Assembly (NCBI GenBank): GCA_963816145.1
Contig: CAWFJP010000014.1
Coordinates: 1 to 64,000, forward strand
Origin: an uncultured delta proteobacterium
Lineage (GTDB): Bacteria; Desulfobacterota; Binatia; UBA9968
Direction: 5' to 3'
Length of the DNA stretch: 64,000 nt
Shown: positions 10,478 through 19,860 of the stretch, piece by piece
Numbering within the stretch: the stretch's first letter is position 1
Layout: the number at the start of each line of letters is the position of its first letter
Program-made: the position numbers and the translations under genes
The notes under the pieces: generated by a model
Told to the model about the DNA's origin: nothing
Databases searched by the model: none
What the model saw: the letters and a program-made list of their open reading frames with translations, nothing else

Positions 10478-11500
10478 TTAATTGTAAAGAACATCTTTCA
10501 GCTTGGTGATTAAAGCTGGGTCTAATTTGAACAGTCCGGCGATGTCTCTCTCGATGTCGTCCACTGGAATCGGCTCAACATTGAGCCGTGACTTCTTGGC
10601 GTCGGCGAGAAATTCGCCGTCTTTAAGTGTGGCGTCGAAAGCTTTGCGCAAAAGCTGCACGCGATCCTTCGGCGTGCCGGGCGGCAGGGTGTAAGTGCGG
10701 ACGATATCGCTGTCGCCATGTATGCCGACCTCGATCATTTTTCGAGCCTCTTCGGTCTTGGCGAACTTGATCGCCTGGGGCACATTGGCAAGGTCTGGGT
10801 GGGTGCGGCGGTTGGTCTGCAAAATGACCACAGCATCGCCGGTATCGAGGGCCTTGCGCCAAGTGACGCTGACGGAATCCCAACCCCAGCAGCCACCGGC
10901 GATTTCACCGCTCTCGGCGGCCAAGCGCACATCCGCGGTGCCTTTATAACCTGTGACCAGTTGTATCGGGAGGCCGAGAGCCACTTTCAAGATTCGCGTG
11001 GCGTTGTCCGGAGTGGACGTGCCAGGGGCGATGCCGCCCATTTTGACCGGTGACTTCGCGGCGAACCATTTTTCGATGCTCGTAATGCCGCTGGCTTTGG
11101 TCATGGCGCAGACCACATGATCGCTGATCGGTGCGCCGATAAACTCGAACTTGCGGGCATCGAACTCAATGCCGGGCTGGCCAAGCACCTGGCCTAAAAA
11201 TAGACCGCCGATGAAGTGGCCGATAGTCAAGCCGTCGGGTTTGGCGACTTTGTAAACATGATTAGCCGCGATCAAACTGCCGGCGCCGGTCATGTTTTCG
11301 ACCACGATGCTTGGGTTGCCGGGTATTTGCTTGCTCATATGGCGGGCCAAGGCGCGGGCGTAAGTGTCGAAGCCGCCGCCGGCCGAGAAGCCGACAACCA
11401 ACCGAATTGTTTTGCCTTTATAAAAATCCTCAGCCTGGGCCGGCGCACCGCCAATGGCAATGAGCGCCATTATCAAGCTCAAAATCCCACTTCGTTTCAT
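10478..11500 (-). CDS. tctC: TTT substrate-binding protein (TctC/Bug family)
   Basis: FYKGKTIRLVVGFSAGGGFDTYAR, ENMTGAG, PDGLT; signal peptide. Confidence 0.9.
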   Translation of the reverse strand: MKRSGILSLIMALIAIGGAPAQAEDFYKGKTIRLVVGFSAGGGFDTYARALARHMSKQIPGNPSIVVENMTGAGSLIAANHVYKVAKPDGLTIGHFIGGLFLGQVLGQPGIEFDARKFEFIGAPISDHVVCAMTKASGITSIEKWFAAKSPVKMGGIAPGTSTPDNATRILKVALGLPIQLVTGYKGTADVRLAAESGEIAGGCWGWDSVSVTWRKALDTGDAVVILQTNRRTHPDLANVPQAIKFAKTEEARKMIEVGIHGDSDIVRTYTLPPGTPKDRVQLLRKAFDATLKDGEFLADAKKSRLNVEPIPVDDIERDIAGLFKLDPALITKLKDVLYN

Positions 11501-11743
11501 GATAGTTCTCCTTCTTGTTTGTTACCGAAAGATATCACTATGCCATAGCCAAAATAGCGCCATGAAGTTATCTGATTGAAAAATCTATCGCAACAAATTG
11601 ATGCCCGATTTGCTGTAAGATCAATAGCCGATCTTCATTAACTTGAACTTTTAGTTGTGTTCAATAAGACGGCCCTTTAAAATGCATGGGGTAAATCCAA
11701 AAGGAACCAATTGCCGGGTAAGGACTGGTGTTGGAGAACAATT

Positions 11744-13231
11744 ATGGCTGAGCTTTTGAATTATATCGACGGTGAGTGGCGTGCGGCCAAGTCGGGGAAG
11801 ACTTTAGAAAACCGTAATCCCGCCAATACCGATGACCTGATCGGATTGTTTCCCGCCTCGGGAGCCGCCGATGTCGAAGCCGCGGTTGCTGCTGCGAAGA
11901 AAGCCTTTGCTGTTTGGCGCCTGGTGCCGGCGCCCAAGCGCGGCGAGATCCTTTACCGTGTCGGCGAGCTGTTAAAAAAATCCAAAGAAGAACTCGCCCG
12001 CATCGAAACCCGTGAGATGGGAAAAGTACTGAAAGAAACCCGCGGCGATGTCCAGGAAGGCATCGACTGTGCGTTTCTCAATGCCGGGGAGGGGCGGCGG
12101 CTGTTTGGTGAGACCACGCCGGCGGAGCTACCCGATAAATTTGCCATGTCAGTGCGAGCGCCCATCGGCGTGTGCGCGCTGATCACGCCTTGGAATTTTC
12201 CGTTGGCGATTCCAACCTGGAAACTATTCCCCGCGCTGATTTGCGGCAATACCGTGATTCTTAAACCGGCGGAGGACACGCCGCACACGGCAACTCGCTT
12301 CGTCGAGATCCTCAATGAAGCCGGCGTGCCACCGGGCGTCGTTAACCTGATTCACGGCCGCGGCGAAGAAGTCGGCGCGGCGTTGGTGCGCCACAAAGGC
12401 GTGCAGTTGGTTTCGTTCACCGGGTCGGCGGCCGTCGGCCGCGAGATTGCTTCTGAGTGCGGCCGGAATCTCAAACGCGTGTCGTTGGAGCTCGGCGGTA
12501 AGAACGGGCAGATCGTCATGGAAGATGCCGATGTCGAATTGGCCGTCGAAGGCGCGCTATGGGGCGCCTTCGGCACCACCGGCCAGCGCTGCACGGCGAC
12601 CAGCCGACTGATCGTCCATCGCGACGTGTCCGAGAGGGTTACCGATGCCTTGGTGGCGCGTGCGGAGAGGATCAAGATCGGCGACGGGCTCGATGAGAGC
12701 AATGAGATGGGGCCGCTGATCAATCAAGCGGCGCGGGAAAAAGTTCTTCGCTATATTGAAATCGGCAAGCAAGAGGGCGCACGCTTGCTCACCGGCGGGG
12801 CGATTCACGATAGCGGCGCTTGCGCCAATGGAATCTTCTTTCAACCGACGATCTTTGATCGGGTCAAACCGAATATGCGTATCGCTCAGGAAGAAATCTT
12901 CGGCCCGGTGCTATCGATCATTGAAATCGCCAGTTTCGATGAGGCGATCGCCGTACTCAATGGCACGGCTTACGGACTTTCCAGTTCGATTTACACCAAC
13001 GATGTGACGCGCGCTTTCCGCGCCATGCGCGATATCGAGGCGGGGATTACGTATATCAACGGCCCGACTATTGGCGCCGAAGTTCACTTGCCCTTCGGCG
13101 GCGTCAAAGACACCGGCAACGGCCATCGCGAGGCCGGCACGACCGTCTACGATATATTCACCGAGTGGAAATCTATCTATGTCGACTACTCGGGCAAACT
13201 GCAGAAAGCACAGATCGATAACGCCGAATAG
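11744..13231 (+). CDS. NAD(P)-dependent aldehyde dehydrogenase
   Basis: [23 protein letters not shown] catalytic Cys, EEIFGP, PFGG. Confidence 0.95.
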   Translation: MAELLNYIDGEWRAAKSGKTLENRNPANTDDLIGLFPASGAADVEAAVAAAKKAFAVWRLVPAPKRGEILYRVGELLKKSKEELARIETREMGKVLKETRGDVQEGIDCAFLNAGEGRRLFGETTPAELPDKFAMSVRAPIGVCALITPWNFPLAIPTWKLFPALICGNTVILKPAEDTPHTATRFVEILNEAGVPPGVVNLIHGRGEEVGAALVRHKGVQLVSFTGSAAVGREIASECGRNLKRVSLELGGKNGQIVMEDADVELAVEGALWGAFGTTGQRCTATSRLIVHRDVSERVTDALVARAERIKIGDGLDESNEMGPLINQAAREKVLRYIEIGKQEGARLLTGGAIHDSGACANGIFFQPTIFDRVKPNMRIAQEEIFGPVLSIIEIASFDEAIAVLNGTAYGLSSSIYTNDVTRAFRAMRDIEAGITYINGPTIGAEVHLPFGGVKDTGNGHREAGTTVYDIFTEWKSIYVDYSGKLQKAQIDNAE

Positions 13232-13232
13232 T

Positions 13233-13256
13233 GGCAGGGGCGCAGCATGCTGCGTC
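13233..13256. repeat. REP-like palindrome (GTAG family variant)
   Basis: GCAGGGGCGCAGCATGCTGCG; near-identical core at 23469-23492. Confidence 0.5.
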
Positions 13257-13270
13257 ATCCAGGAGAATTA

Positions 13271-14587
13271 ATGAAAATCCCCCATATCAAAACACCGCTT
13301 CCCGGTCCCAAGGCTAGAGCGATCGTCGAGCGCGACGAGAAATGCACCGCGCCGGCCTACGGCCGTGTCTATCCCTTGGTGGTCAAGGAAGGGCGCGGCT
13401 GTGTGATCGAAGATGTCGACGGTAATTTATTTCTCGACTTCATGGCCGGAATTGCCGTCGCCAATACTGGCCACGCGCACCCGAGAGTGGTTAAAGCGAT
13501 CGAAGAGCAGGCACGCAAGTTTCTCCATATTTGCGGCAGTGATTTTTACTACGAGCCGATGGTCGAGCTGGCCGAGAAGCTGGCGCGTATCGCGCCCGGC
13601 AAGGGCGGCAAAAAGGTGTTCTTCACCAACTCCGGCACGGAGACTGTCGAGGCGGCCTTCAAGCTCGCCCGCTATCACACGAAACGCCAGCATGTCATCG
13701 CTTTTTACGGCGCCTTTCACGGCCGCTCCATGGGCGCTTTATCGCTCACCGCGAGCCGGGCGTTGCATCGCGCCCACTTCGGGCCGCTCATCCCCGGCGT
13801 GCATCATGTGCCCTATGGGTTCTGCCACCGTTGTCCTTATCAATTGACCTATGGTTCCTGCGGTATCGAATGCGTCAACGTTCTGGAGAAGGTGATCTTT
13901 CGCCATGACGTCCGGCCGGAAGAGGTGGCGGCGCTCTTCGTCGAACCGGTTCAGGGCGAAGGCGGCTACATCGTGCCGCCGGCGGAGTATCTGCCGATGT
14001 TACAGGAACTTTGCCGCAAGTATGGAATTTTATTGGTTGCCGATGAAATTCAATCGGGCTTCGGCCGCACCGGCAAAATGTTCGCCTGCGAACATTGGGG
14101 CATCGAGCCGGACATTCTCTGCACCGCCAAAGGCATCGCCAGCGGTATGCCGCTAGGCGCCATGATTGCCCGCGACGAGATCAGCACCTGGAAAGACAGC
14201 ACCCATGGCAGTACCTACGGCGGCAATCCGGTGGCTTGTGCCGCGGCCTTGGCGACGATCGAGTTATTGGAAGAAGGCTTGATTAAAAACGCCGCCGCAG
14301 TCGGCCCAGTCCTCAAGGACAGACTCATGGCGTTGAAGCTGAGCCATAAAGCGATCGGCGATGTGCGCGGGTTGGGATTGATGATCGGCGTCGATTTCGA
14401 AGATGCCGACCATAATCCGGATGGAACATTCCGCGACCGCGTCATGCAAAAATCCTTTGAAAAAGGTTTGCTGCTGTTGAGCTGCGGTGAAAGCACGCTG
14501 CGCTTCTGCCCGCCGCTGATCGTGACTCAAGAGCAGATCGCCACCGCCGTCGAGATCTTCGAGTCGGCCGTGGTCGCGGCGGCTTAG
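13271..14587 (+). CDS. Class III PLP aminotransferase (GabT/ArgD-like)
   Basis: NSGTE, FHGRS, EPVQGEGG, DEIQSGFGRTG, AKGIASG, LRFCPPL. Confidence 0.93.
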   Translation: MKIPHIKTPLPGPKARAIVERDEKCTAPAYGRVYPLVVKEGRGCVIEDVDGNLFLDFMAGIAVANTGHAHPRVVKAIEEQARKFLHICGSDFYYEPMVELAEKLARIAPGKGGKKVFFTNSGTETVEAAFKLARYHTKRQHVIAFYGAFHGRSMGALSLTASRALHRAHFGPLIPGVHHVPYGFCHRCPYQLTYGSCGIECVNVLEKVIFRHDVRPEEVAALFVEPVQGEGGYIVPPAEYLPMLQELCRKYGILLVADEIQSGFGRTGKMFACEHWGIEPDILCTAKGIASGMPLGAMIARDEISTWKDSTHGSTYGGNPVACAAALATIELLEEGLIKNAAAVGPVLKDRLMALKLSHKAIGDVRGLGLMIGVDFEDADHNPDGTFRDRVMQKSFEKGLLLLSCGESTLRFCPPLIVTQEQIATAVEIFESAVVAAA

Positions 14588-14728
14588 CGCGCCAACTATC
14601 TCGTGATAGTTTTTCGGTCAGCCACTTCATTGGCGCCATGCGATGCCGTTAAAGGCTTCCAATTCTTAGAGAAACTGATTATCTTCACTAATCAATTCAA
14701 TGCTAGTTCGATCACAAGGAGAGTTTTT

Positions 14729-15778
14729 ATGAAGTCATTTCGAACCATGGCGGCGCTGCTCGCGCTAGTTGGAATTCTGCTTTGGGGACAAACGTTGCAC
14801 GCGCAAGCCGACTTCTACAAAGGCAAGACGATTACCGTGATCGCTGGGACGACAGCCGGCGCGCTGTACGATCAGTGGTCGCGCTTGTTGGCTCAGCACA
14901 TGGGCAAGCATATTCCCGGCAAGCCCGACATGATCGTGCAAAACATGCCCGGCGCCGGGCATATGATCGCGGCGAACTATGTTTACAACAAAAGCAAACC
15001 GGACGGCTTGACGCTCATCGGTTCGATCGTGCCGACGCTTTATTTCGATCAACTCGTCGGCCGCAAGGAGGCGCAGTACGATTGGGCGAAGTTCGTTTGG
15101 ATCGGCTCGCCGGTGCAGGGCGAATCGCAGATGTACATGCGCGCCGACACGCCGTACAAGACCATCGAAGATGTGCGCAACGCCAAGGAACCGCCACGCT
15201 GTGGCGCGCAAGGAACATCGGACTCGGCGTACTATCTGCCGAAGCTTTTCGAGGAGCTAATCGGCACCAAATTTAATCTCGTGCAAGGCTATCCGGGCGG
15301 TCCTGAGATCGATCTGGCGGTTGAACGCGGCGAGATTCATTGCCGCGCATTTACCATCGAAGCGTTCTTATCGCGGGAACCCTATCATACCTGGCGCAAG
15401 AAGGGTTTCGTTCGCAATATTATTCAAACCGGCAAAAAGCGTGACCGCAAAATGGGCGATACGCCGACGGTTTGGGAGCTGATGGACAAGTACAAGACCC
15501 CTGAAGCATCGCGCCGCCTGGCCAGTGTGATGTTGGCGTCCGGTACTTTGGGCCGCCCCATGCTCGGCACGCCGGGCATCCCCGCCGAGCGCGTGAAAAT
15601 GTTGCGTGAAGCGTTCAACAAAACTGTGGAAGACAAGGAATTCCTCGCCGATCTTGACAAGCGGAGCTTCGATCTCGACCCGGTGACCGGAGAGGAACTG
15701 GAAAGACTCGTCAAAGAGGTCATGAGCCAGCCGCCCGACATCATCGCCCGGATGAAAAAATTGCTCGGAACCGACTAG
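14729..15778 (+). CDS. TTT substrate-binding protein (TctC/Bug family), orphan
   Basis: FYKGKTITVI, QNMPGAG, PDGLT; RBS AAGGAG before ATG 14729. Confidence 0.88.
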   Translation: MKSFRTMAALLALVGILLWGQTLHAQADFYKGKTITVIAGTTAGALYDQWSRLLAQHMGKHIPGKPDMIVQNMPGAGHMIAANYVYNKSKPDGLTLIGSIVPTLYFDQLVGRKEAQYDWAKFVWIGSPVQGESQMYMRADTPYKTIEDVRNAKEPPRCGAQGTSDSAYYLPKLFEELIGTKFNLVQGYPGGPEIDLAVERGEIHCRAFTIEAFLSREPYHTWRKKGFVRNIIQTGKKRDRKMGDTPTVWELMDKYKTPEASRRLASVMLASGTLGRPMLGTPGIPAERVKMLREAFNKTVEDKEFLADLDKRSFDLDPVTGEELERLVKEVMSQPPDIIARMKKLLGTD

Positions 15779-15780
15779 CA

Positions 15781-15859
15781 GAATGGAGTGTTGGAGTAAT
15801 GGAGGAGTGGGTTGCTGGGATTTCGTTCCCAACACTCCAACACTCCCTTACTCCAATTC
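15781..15859. repeat. Inverted array of ~8-nt units (GGAGTrwT / ACACTCCA); possible bidirectional terminator
   Basis: gaatggagtgttggagtaatggag...ccaacactccaacactcccttactcc between convergent genes. Confidence 0.7.
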
Positions 15860-15868
15860 TGTTTCCCG

Positions 15869-16867
15869 CTATCGGTATAGCCCGTCGATGTAGCCTGATT
15901 TGTCCAGCTCCTCGAGAAAACTCGTGTCGACGAATTCTTTGGGGTTCGCGGTTTTTGCTGCCGGGATGCGGTCGCTGACGTCTTTGAAAATGGTCTTGAA
16001 GGCTTCCAAGTTGGGGTAGGGTTTGGCTTTCACGGTTTCCCGCAAGGTTTGGTAGGCATCCTCGAGTTGCTTCGGGTCCTTGGTCTTTCGATATTTCACG
16101 AACGCACGCTTGGTTTCTTCGGAGTTAGTTCTCACGATATGGATCGCCTCGATGTAGGACTTCACCATGCGTCTGACGATGTCGCGGTTCTTGGCGATAT
16201 AGCGCTGGGTCGCGACTAATCCCGTGCCTTGATAAAAAATATTCAACTCCGCCATATTGAGCAAAGTTCTCATGCCGGTGAGTTGCGGGGCTAAATGATC
16301 GGGCGGCGAGAAGCTTGAAGCATCTGCGGAGTTGCCGACCATGGCAATGATCCGTGCTGGAGTGTCGCCGATCTGCAAAAACGTCACGTCTTTCTCGCTG
16401 AGACCGAAGCGGGGCAGCATATTGAGCACCCGCATATGAGATGCTGCGCCGAAGCGAGAAATCGCGATGCGTTTGCCCTTGAGTTCCTCCGGCTTGGTTA
16501 TGTTAGGCCGGGCCATCAAACGGTCGTCGAGCAGTTCTTGAATGCTCACCAGCATCACCGGATCGCCGCCTTGCAAGCGCACCGGCGACATCAACGCGCC
16601 GGTCATCTGACCAAACTGCACCTCTCCGGCCATCAACGACGGCGCGGAAATATTGCCGGGCATGTAGATGACTTCGATGTCGATGTTATTCCTCTTGAAC
16701 AGGCCGCTGACGTCGGCGATCCACAGGATGCCGTGCTGCGGGCCGGGGGATGTGTAGCTGATTCTAACTTTATCCGCGGCGCCGGCGCGTTCGCCGTTAC
16801 CCAAGAGGAAGATCAACGCGGTCGCGAGCACGAAACGCCTTATGCCGGCTGGTCGAGTCAATGCCAT
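15869..16867 (-). CDS. ABC substrate-binding protein, NMT1/SsuA/TauA-like (orphan)
   Basis: Signal peptide, LKGKRIAISRFGAASH, C-terminal FVDTSFLEELDKSGYID. Confidence 0.87.
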   Translation of the reverse strand: MALTRPAGIRRFVLATALIFLLGNGERAGAADKVRISYTSPGPQHGILWIADVSGLFKRNNIDIEVIYMPGNISAPSLMAGEVQFGQMTGALMSPVRLQGGDPVMLVSIQELLDDRLMARPNITKPEELKGKRIAISRFGAASHMRVLNMLPRFGLSEKDVTFLQIGDTPARIIAMVGNSADASSFSPPDHLAPQLTGMRTLLNMAELNIFYQGTGLVATQRYIAKNRDIVRRMVKSYIEAIHIVRTNSEETKRAFVKYRKTKDPKQLEDAYQTLRETVKAKPYPNLEAFKTIFKDVSDRIPAAKTANPKEFVDTSFLEELDKSGYIDGLYR

Positions 16868-17083
16868 TTATTTCTCCTGCTTGCTCGCGCTTATTCTCGT
16901 GCACGAGTGTCGTTGGAAGTTGCCGCCGAACTGAGTGGTCGGTGAAAACTTAGTCGATGGTAAGCGTGAGCGTCAAGCAGAAATTCTTGGCTGGAGATGG
17001 CGCAAACGAATACGCCCCGACGCGTTAGCTGCGTCAGGGCGTTGAGAGTTGAACGTACGTGGCGCGACGCCGCTTCGTGGCGG

Positions 17084-18370
17084 TCAATAGTACTGTGAGC
17101 CGCCGCCGCAAGCGGTCACTTGAAAAACCACGCGGCGATCCAAGGCATCGGACATGTCGTCTTTGCCGGTGCCGACGAGGTTGTCGCGCGAGCCGACGCC
17201 CTGGGCAGTGATACGCTTAGCTAAAGGCGGCACTTCTCCTTCGAGTCGTTTTTTGATGTATTCGGCGCGCAATTCGGACAGCCGTTGGTTAAGCGGTTCG
17301 GCGCCCGATCGGCTGGTATGGCCGACCACTTGCAGGCAACTCTTGGTTTGGTCGGCGCGGCGAGCGATCTCCTTCACCCACATCGGGTAATGCGCGGTTA
17401 CTTGCTTGTCGGGAATGAACGCCGTGGTGCCGGGCTTAAAAAGAAATTTCACCGCAAGACGGTTCTTTGCCAAGCCATAATCGACGATCTGGCTAAACGC
17501 GTCTTTGGCCGCGGCTTGTCGGCCGAGTTTCAAATTGGCCAGGTAGACGCCGTTGAAGACCCGCAGCTGATGGCCTGCGGGCAACTCCAGCGCACTGGAA
17601 TAGCGCTCGAGAGCATCGGCGTAACGGCCAGCATCGTAAGCAGTGATCGCCTCGCTGATCAAAGTCCCAGCGAGAATGCTATCGAGGTATGCGGGTTGAA
17701 TCGCATCCCCCGGCTTGCTGGTTTGGCAAGTATTTATATAGCCCTCGGTCGCTCCCTCTTTCATCCACGCCGGGCTGTCTTGGAAGTATTGCGTCGGCGA
17801 GTGATCGACGCCGGGCATTTGCGCGCGGGCGCTACCCTTGGCCACCACGGTGCCCGACTTCAAGTCCGCCAGCACCAGGCAGATACGGTACGCCTCCCTG
17901 GTACCGTTGGTTTGGCCCTCGTTGTTCACCGGTGTAAAGGTGCCGACCAAAACTTTCGGCGACCGGCGCACCATAGCGGCGGAGAACGGCTGCAAGTCGA
18001 ATTGCAGATAACTGCCGCGGACTAACTCGGCGATGCGCGATTCCATGGTTCTTGTCGCGATGGTCTGCATGCCCGAGACGCCGTCGATCAGCGGATCGAT
18101 AACCAACAGTTGTTTTTCGCTGTTCGTGGATGAACGGATTTGACCGAAGAGGGTGTTGGCAGCGCTGTTCAACGCCTCTTCGAAGGGGCGCGCGACCGCT
18201 GCGGCCTCGGGTGGTGTGGGCGCCACCGGCGCGTCTGCTTCGACGGTTGGCGGTGGTGGCACCGGCGCCGGAGCGGGCTCGGTTGTGGTTGTGCAACTGC
18301 CGAGCGACGCGATCAAAACGGCACCGGTTAGTGCTCTAAGGCTTCGCGAAACGGCATCCTTGGGTTTCAT
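17084..18370 (-). CDS. OmpA-family C-terminal domain lipoprotein
   Basis: Lipobox LGSC, Pro-rich linker, GHTSRSG..NQRLSELRA, DRRV; ATG 18370 overlaps upstream stop (ATGA). Confidence 0.85.
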   Translation of the reverse strand: MKPKDAVSRSLRALTGAVLIASLGSCTTTTEPAPAPVPPPPTVEADAPVAPTPPEAAAVARPFEEALNSAANTLFGQIRSSTNSEKQLLVIDPLIDGVSGMQTIATRTMESRIAELVRGSYLQFDLQPFSAAMVRRSPKVLVGTFTPVNNEGQTNGTREAYRICLVLADLKSGTVVAKGSARAQMPGVDHSPTQYFQDSPAWMKEGATEGYINTCQTSKPGDAIQPAYLDSILAGTLISEAITAYDAGRYADALERYSSALELPAGHQLRVFNGVYLANLKLGRQAAAKDAFSQIVDYGLAKNRLAVKFLFKPGTTAFIPDKQVTAHYPMWVKEIARRADQTKSCLQVVGHTSRSGAEPLNQRLSELRAEYIKKRLEGEVPPLAKRITAQGVGSRDNLVGTGKDDMSDALDRRVVFQVTACGGGSQYY

Positions 18371-18600
18371 GACTGACACTCCTTTCTGAGCGCCTCCCGG
18401 TCGCGATCCGACAACGGTTCGCCGAGTTGCGCGCGGGCGAGAATTTCATTGCAAATGTTCGGTGCGGTTGAAGGTCTTGGCGAAAGCGTCTCCGTGGCGC
18501 TGTCGATTTGTCTCACTGGGATTTTCTCGACTGCCGAGTTCCGTGATCGATCATCGTCGGTGTCGGGATGAACGATCCCGCTGTCCTCACTAGCGTAACT
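18367..18600 (-). pseudogene. 3' fragment of a gene coupled to the OmpA gene (possible Ser/Thr kinase C-terminus)
   Basis: Ends ICNEILARAQLGEPLSDRDREALRKECQS with ATGA overlap; further upstream the ORF looks non-coding; 5' limit approximate. Confidence 0.4.
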
Positions 18601-18900
18601 GAGGGAATTATCGGCCATGGAGCGCAACCCGAGAGTACCTCTCTGACGCTGATTAGATTCCTGGACTTCCAAGCGACATTGGAGCAACAACAAGGCCATC
18701 ACGGACACGGTGTCAGGCTGCAAAAAACCGCCATCGATGGGCTTATTGCGGGCGAAACAACAAACACTTTTGTCCAGCTTGGCAAAAGCTGTACTGTGGA
18801 ATGTTTGACTGCCTAGATCACCCGCGTTCTCTTCCCCCCCTCGATGAAATTGCCCGTAAGCGTTTCTCCCCGGTGAGCGATGTGATAATGGAAAACCACT

Positions 18901-19851
18901 ATGAAGACCCAATCGACGACGCGCTTACAAGAACTGCTGGCCCGGCCCGAGCTGCTAGTGATGTCCGGCGGATTTAGTCCGTTGCACGCCCGCATGTCGG
19001 AGATCCTCGGCTACGAAGCGTTCTTCATGTCGGGCTCCCAGGTGGCGGCTTATGTCTACGGTTATCCCGATGTCGGATTGCTCGGACTCAACGAAATGGT
19101 CGAATCGGTGCGGCGCATCACCAACGTCACCGACATTCCGGTGTTTGCCGATGCCGACACCGGCTACGGCAATGCGGTGAATGTATACTACACCGTGCAA
19201 GCCTATATCCGCGCCGGCGCCGCCGGCTTGCATATCGAGGATCAAGAGGCGCCGAAGAAATCCGGGACCCTAGCGGGGCGGCGTTTGATCTCGGTCGAAG
19301 AAGCGGTGGGAAAATACCGAGCGGCGGTGGCGGCGAAAAAAGAGCTGGACGCCGATTTTGTCGTCTGCGCGCGTTGCGATTCAGTCGGCTCCGACGGCGG
19401 CACCTTCGAAGATGCGGTGCGCCGCGGCATCGCCTACGCGAAAGATGCCGGCGTCGACGCGGTGTGGATGAATACCATGACCGATCGCGATCAAATTGCC
19501 GAGGCGTGCCGGCGCATTCCCGTGCCGGTGATTGCGCCGTATTACGGCCCGAAGCCTTCGCCGACCTTCGATGAATTTCAAAAGCTCGGCGTCTCGGCGG
19601 TCTTGTATCCGAGCTTAACCACCGCCAACGGATTGCAATCGACTTGGGAAGTATTACACGAGTTAAAGGAACGCGGCCCGGTGGTGCTCGACGAATGGAA
19701 CAAGAAAGCCCAAGCGTCGAGGTACGGCATGGTGCCGCGCACTCAAGATCCGATCCTGCCGGCGAAAAAAATCATGCAGCTCGAAGAAGATTTCATTCCT
19801 AAAGAACTCCAGCGGGACTACGACAAGACCTTCGGTCACAACCGTCACTGA
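18901..19851 (+). CDS. Isocitrate lyase/PEP mutase family enzyme
   Basis: SG..GYPD.G, DADTGYG, GLHIEDQ; gating loop KKSGT instead of K(K/R)CGH. Confidence 0.9.
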   Translation: MKTQSTTRLQELLARPELLVMSGGFSPLHARMSEILGYEAFFMSGSQVAAYVYGYPDVGLLGLNEMVESVRRITNVTDIPVFADADTGYGNAVNVYYTVQAYIRAGAAGLHIEDQEAPKKSGTLAGRRLISVEEAVGKYRAAVAAKKELDADFVVCARCDSVGSDGGTFEDAVRRGIAYAKDAGVDAVWMNTMTDRDQIAEACRRIPVPVIAPYYGPKPSPTFDEFQKLGVSAVLYPSLTTANGLQSTWEVLHELKERGPVVLDEWNKKAQASRYGMVPRTQDPILPAKKIMQLEEDFIPKELQRDYDKTFGHNRH

Positions 19852-19860
19852 CGACTCGGC

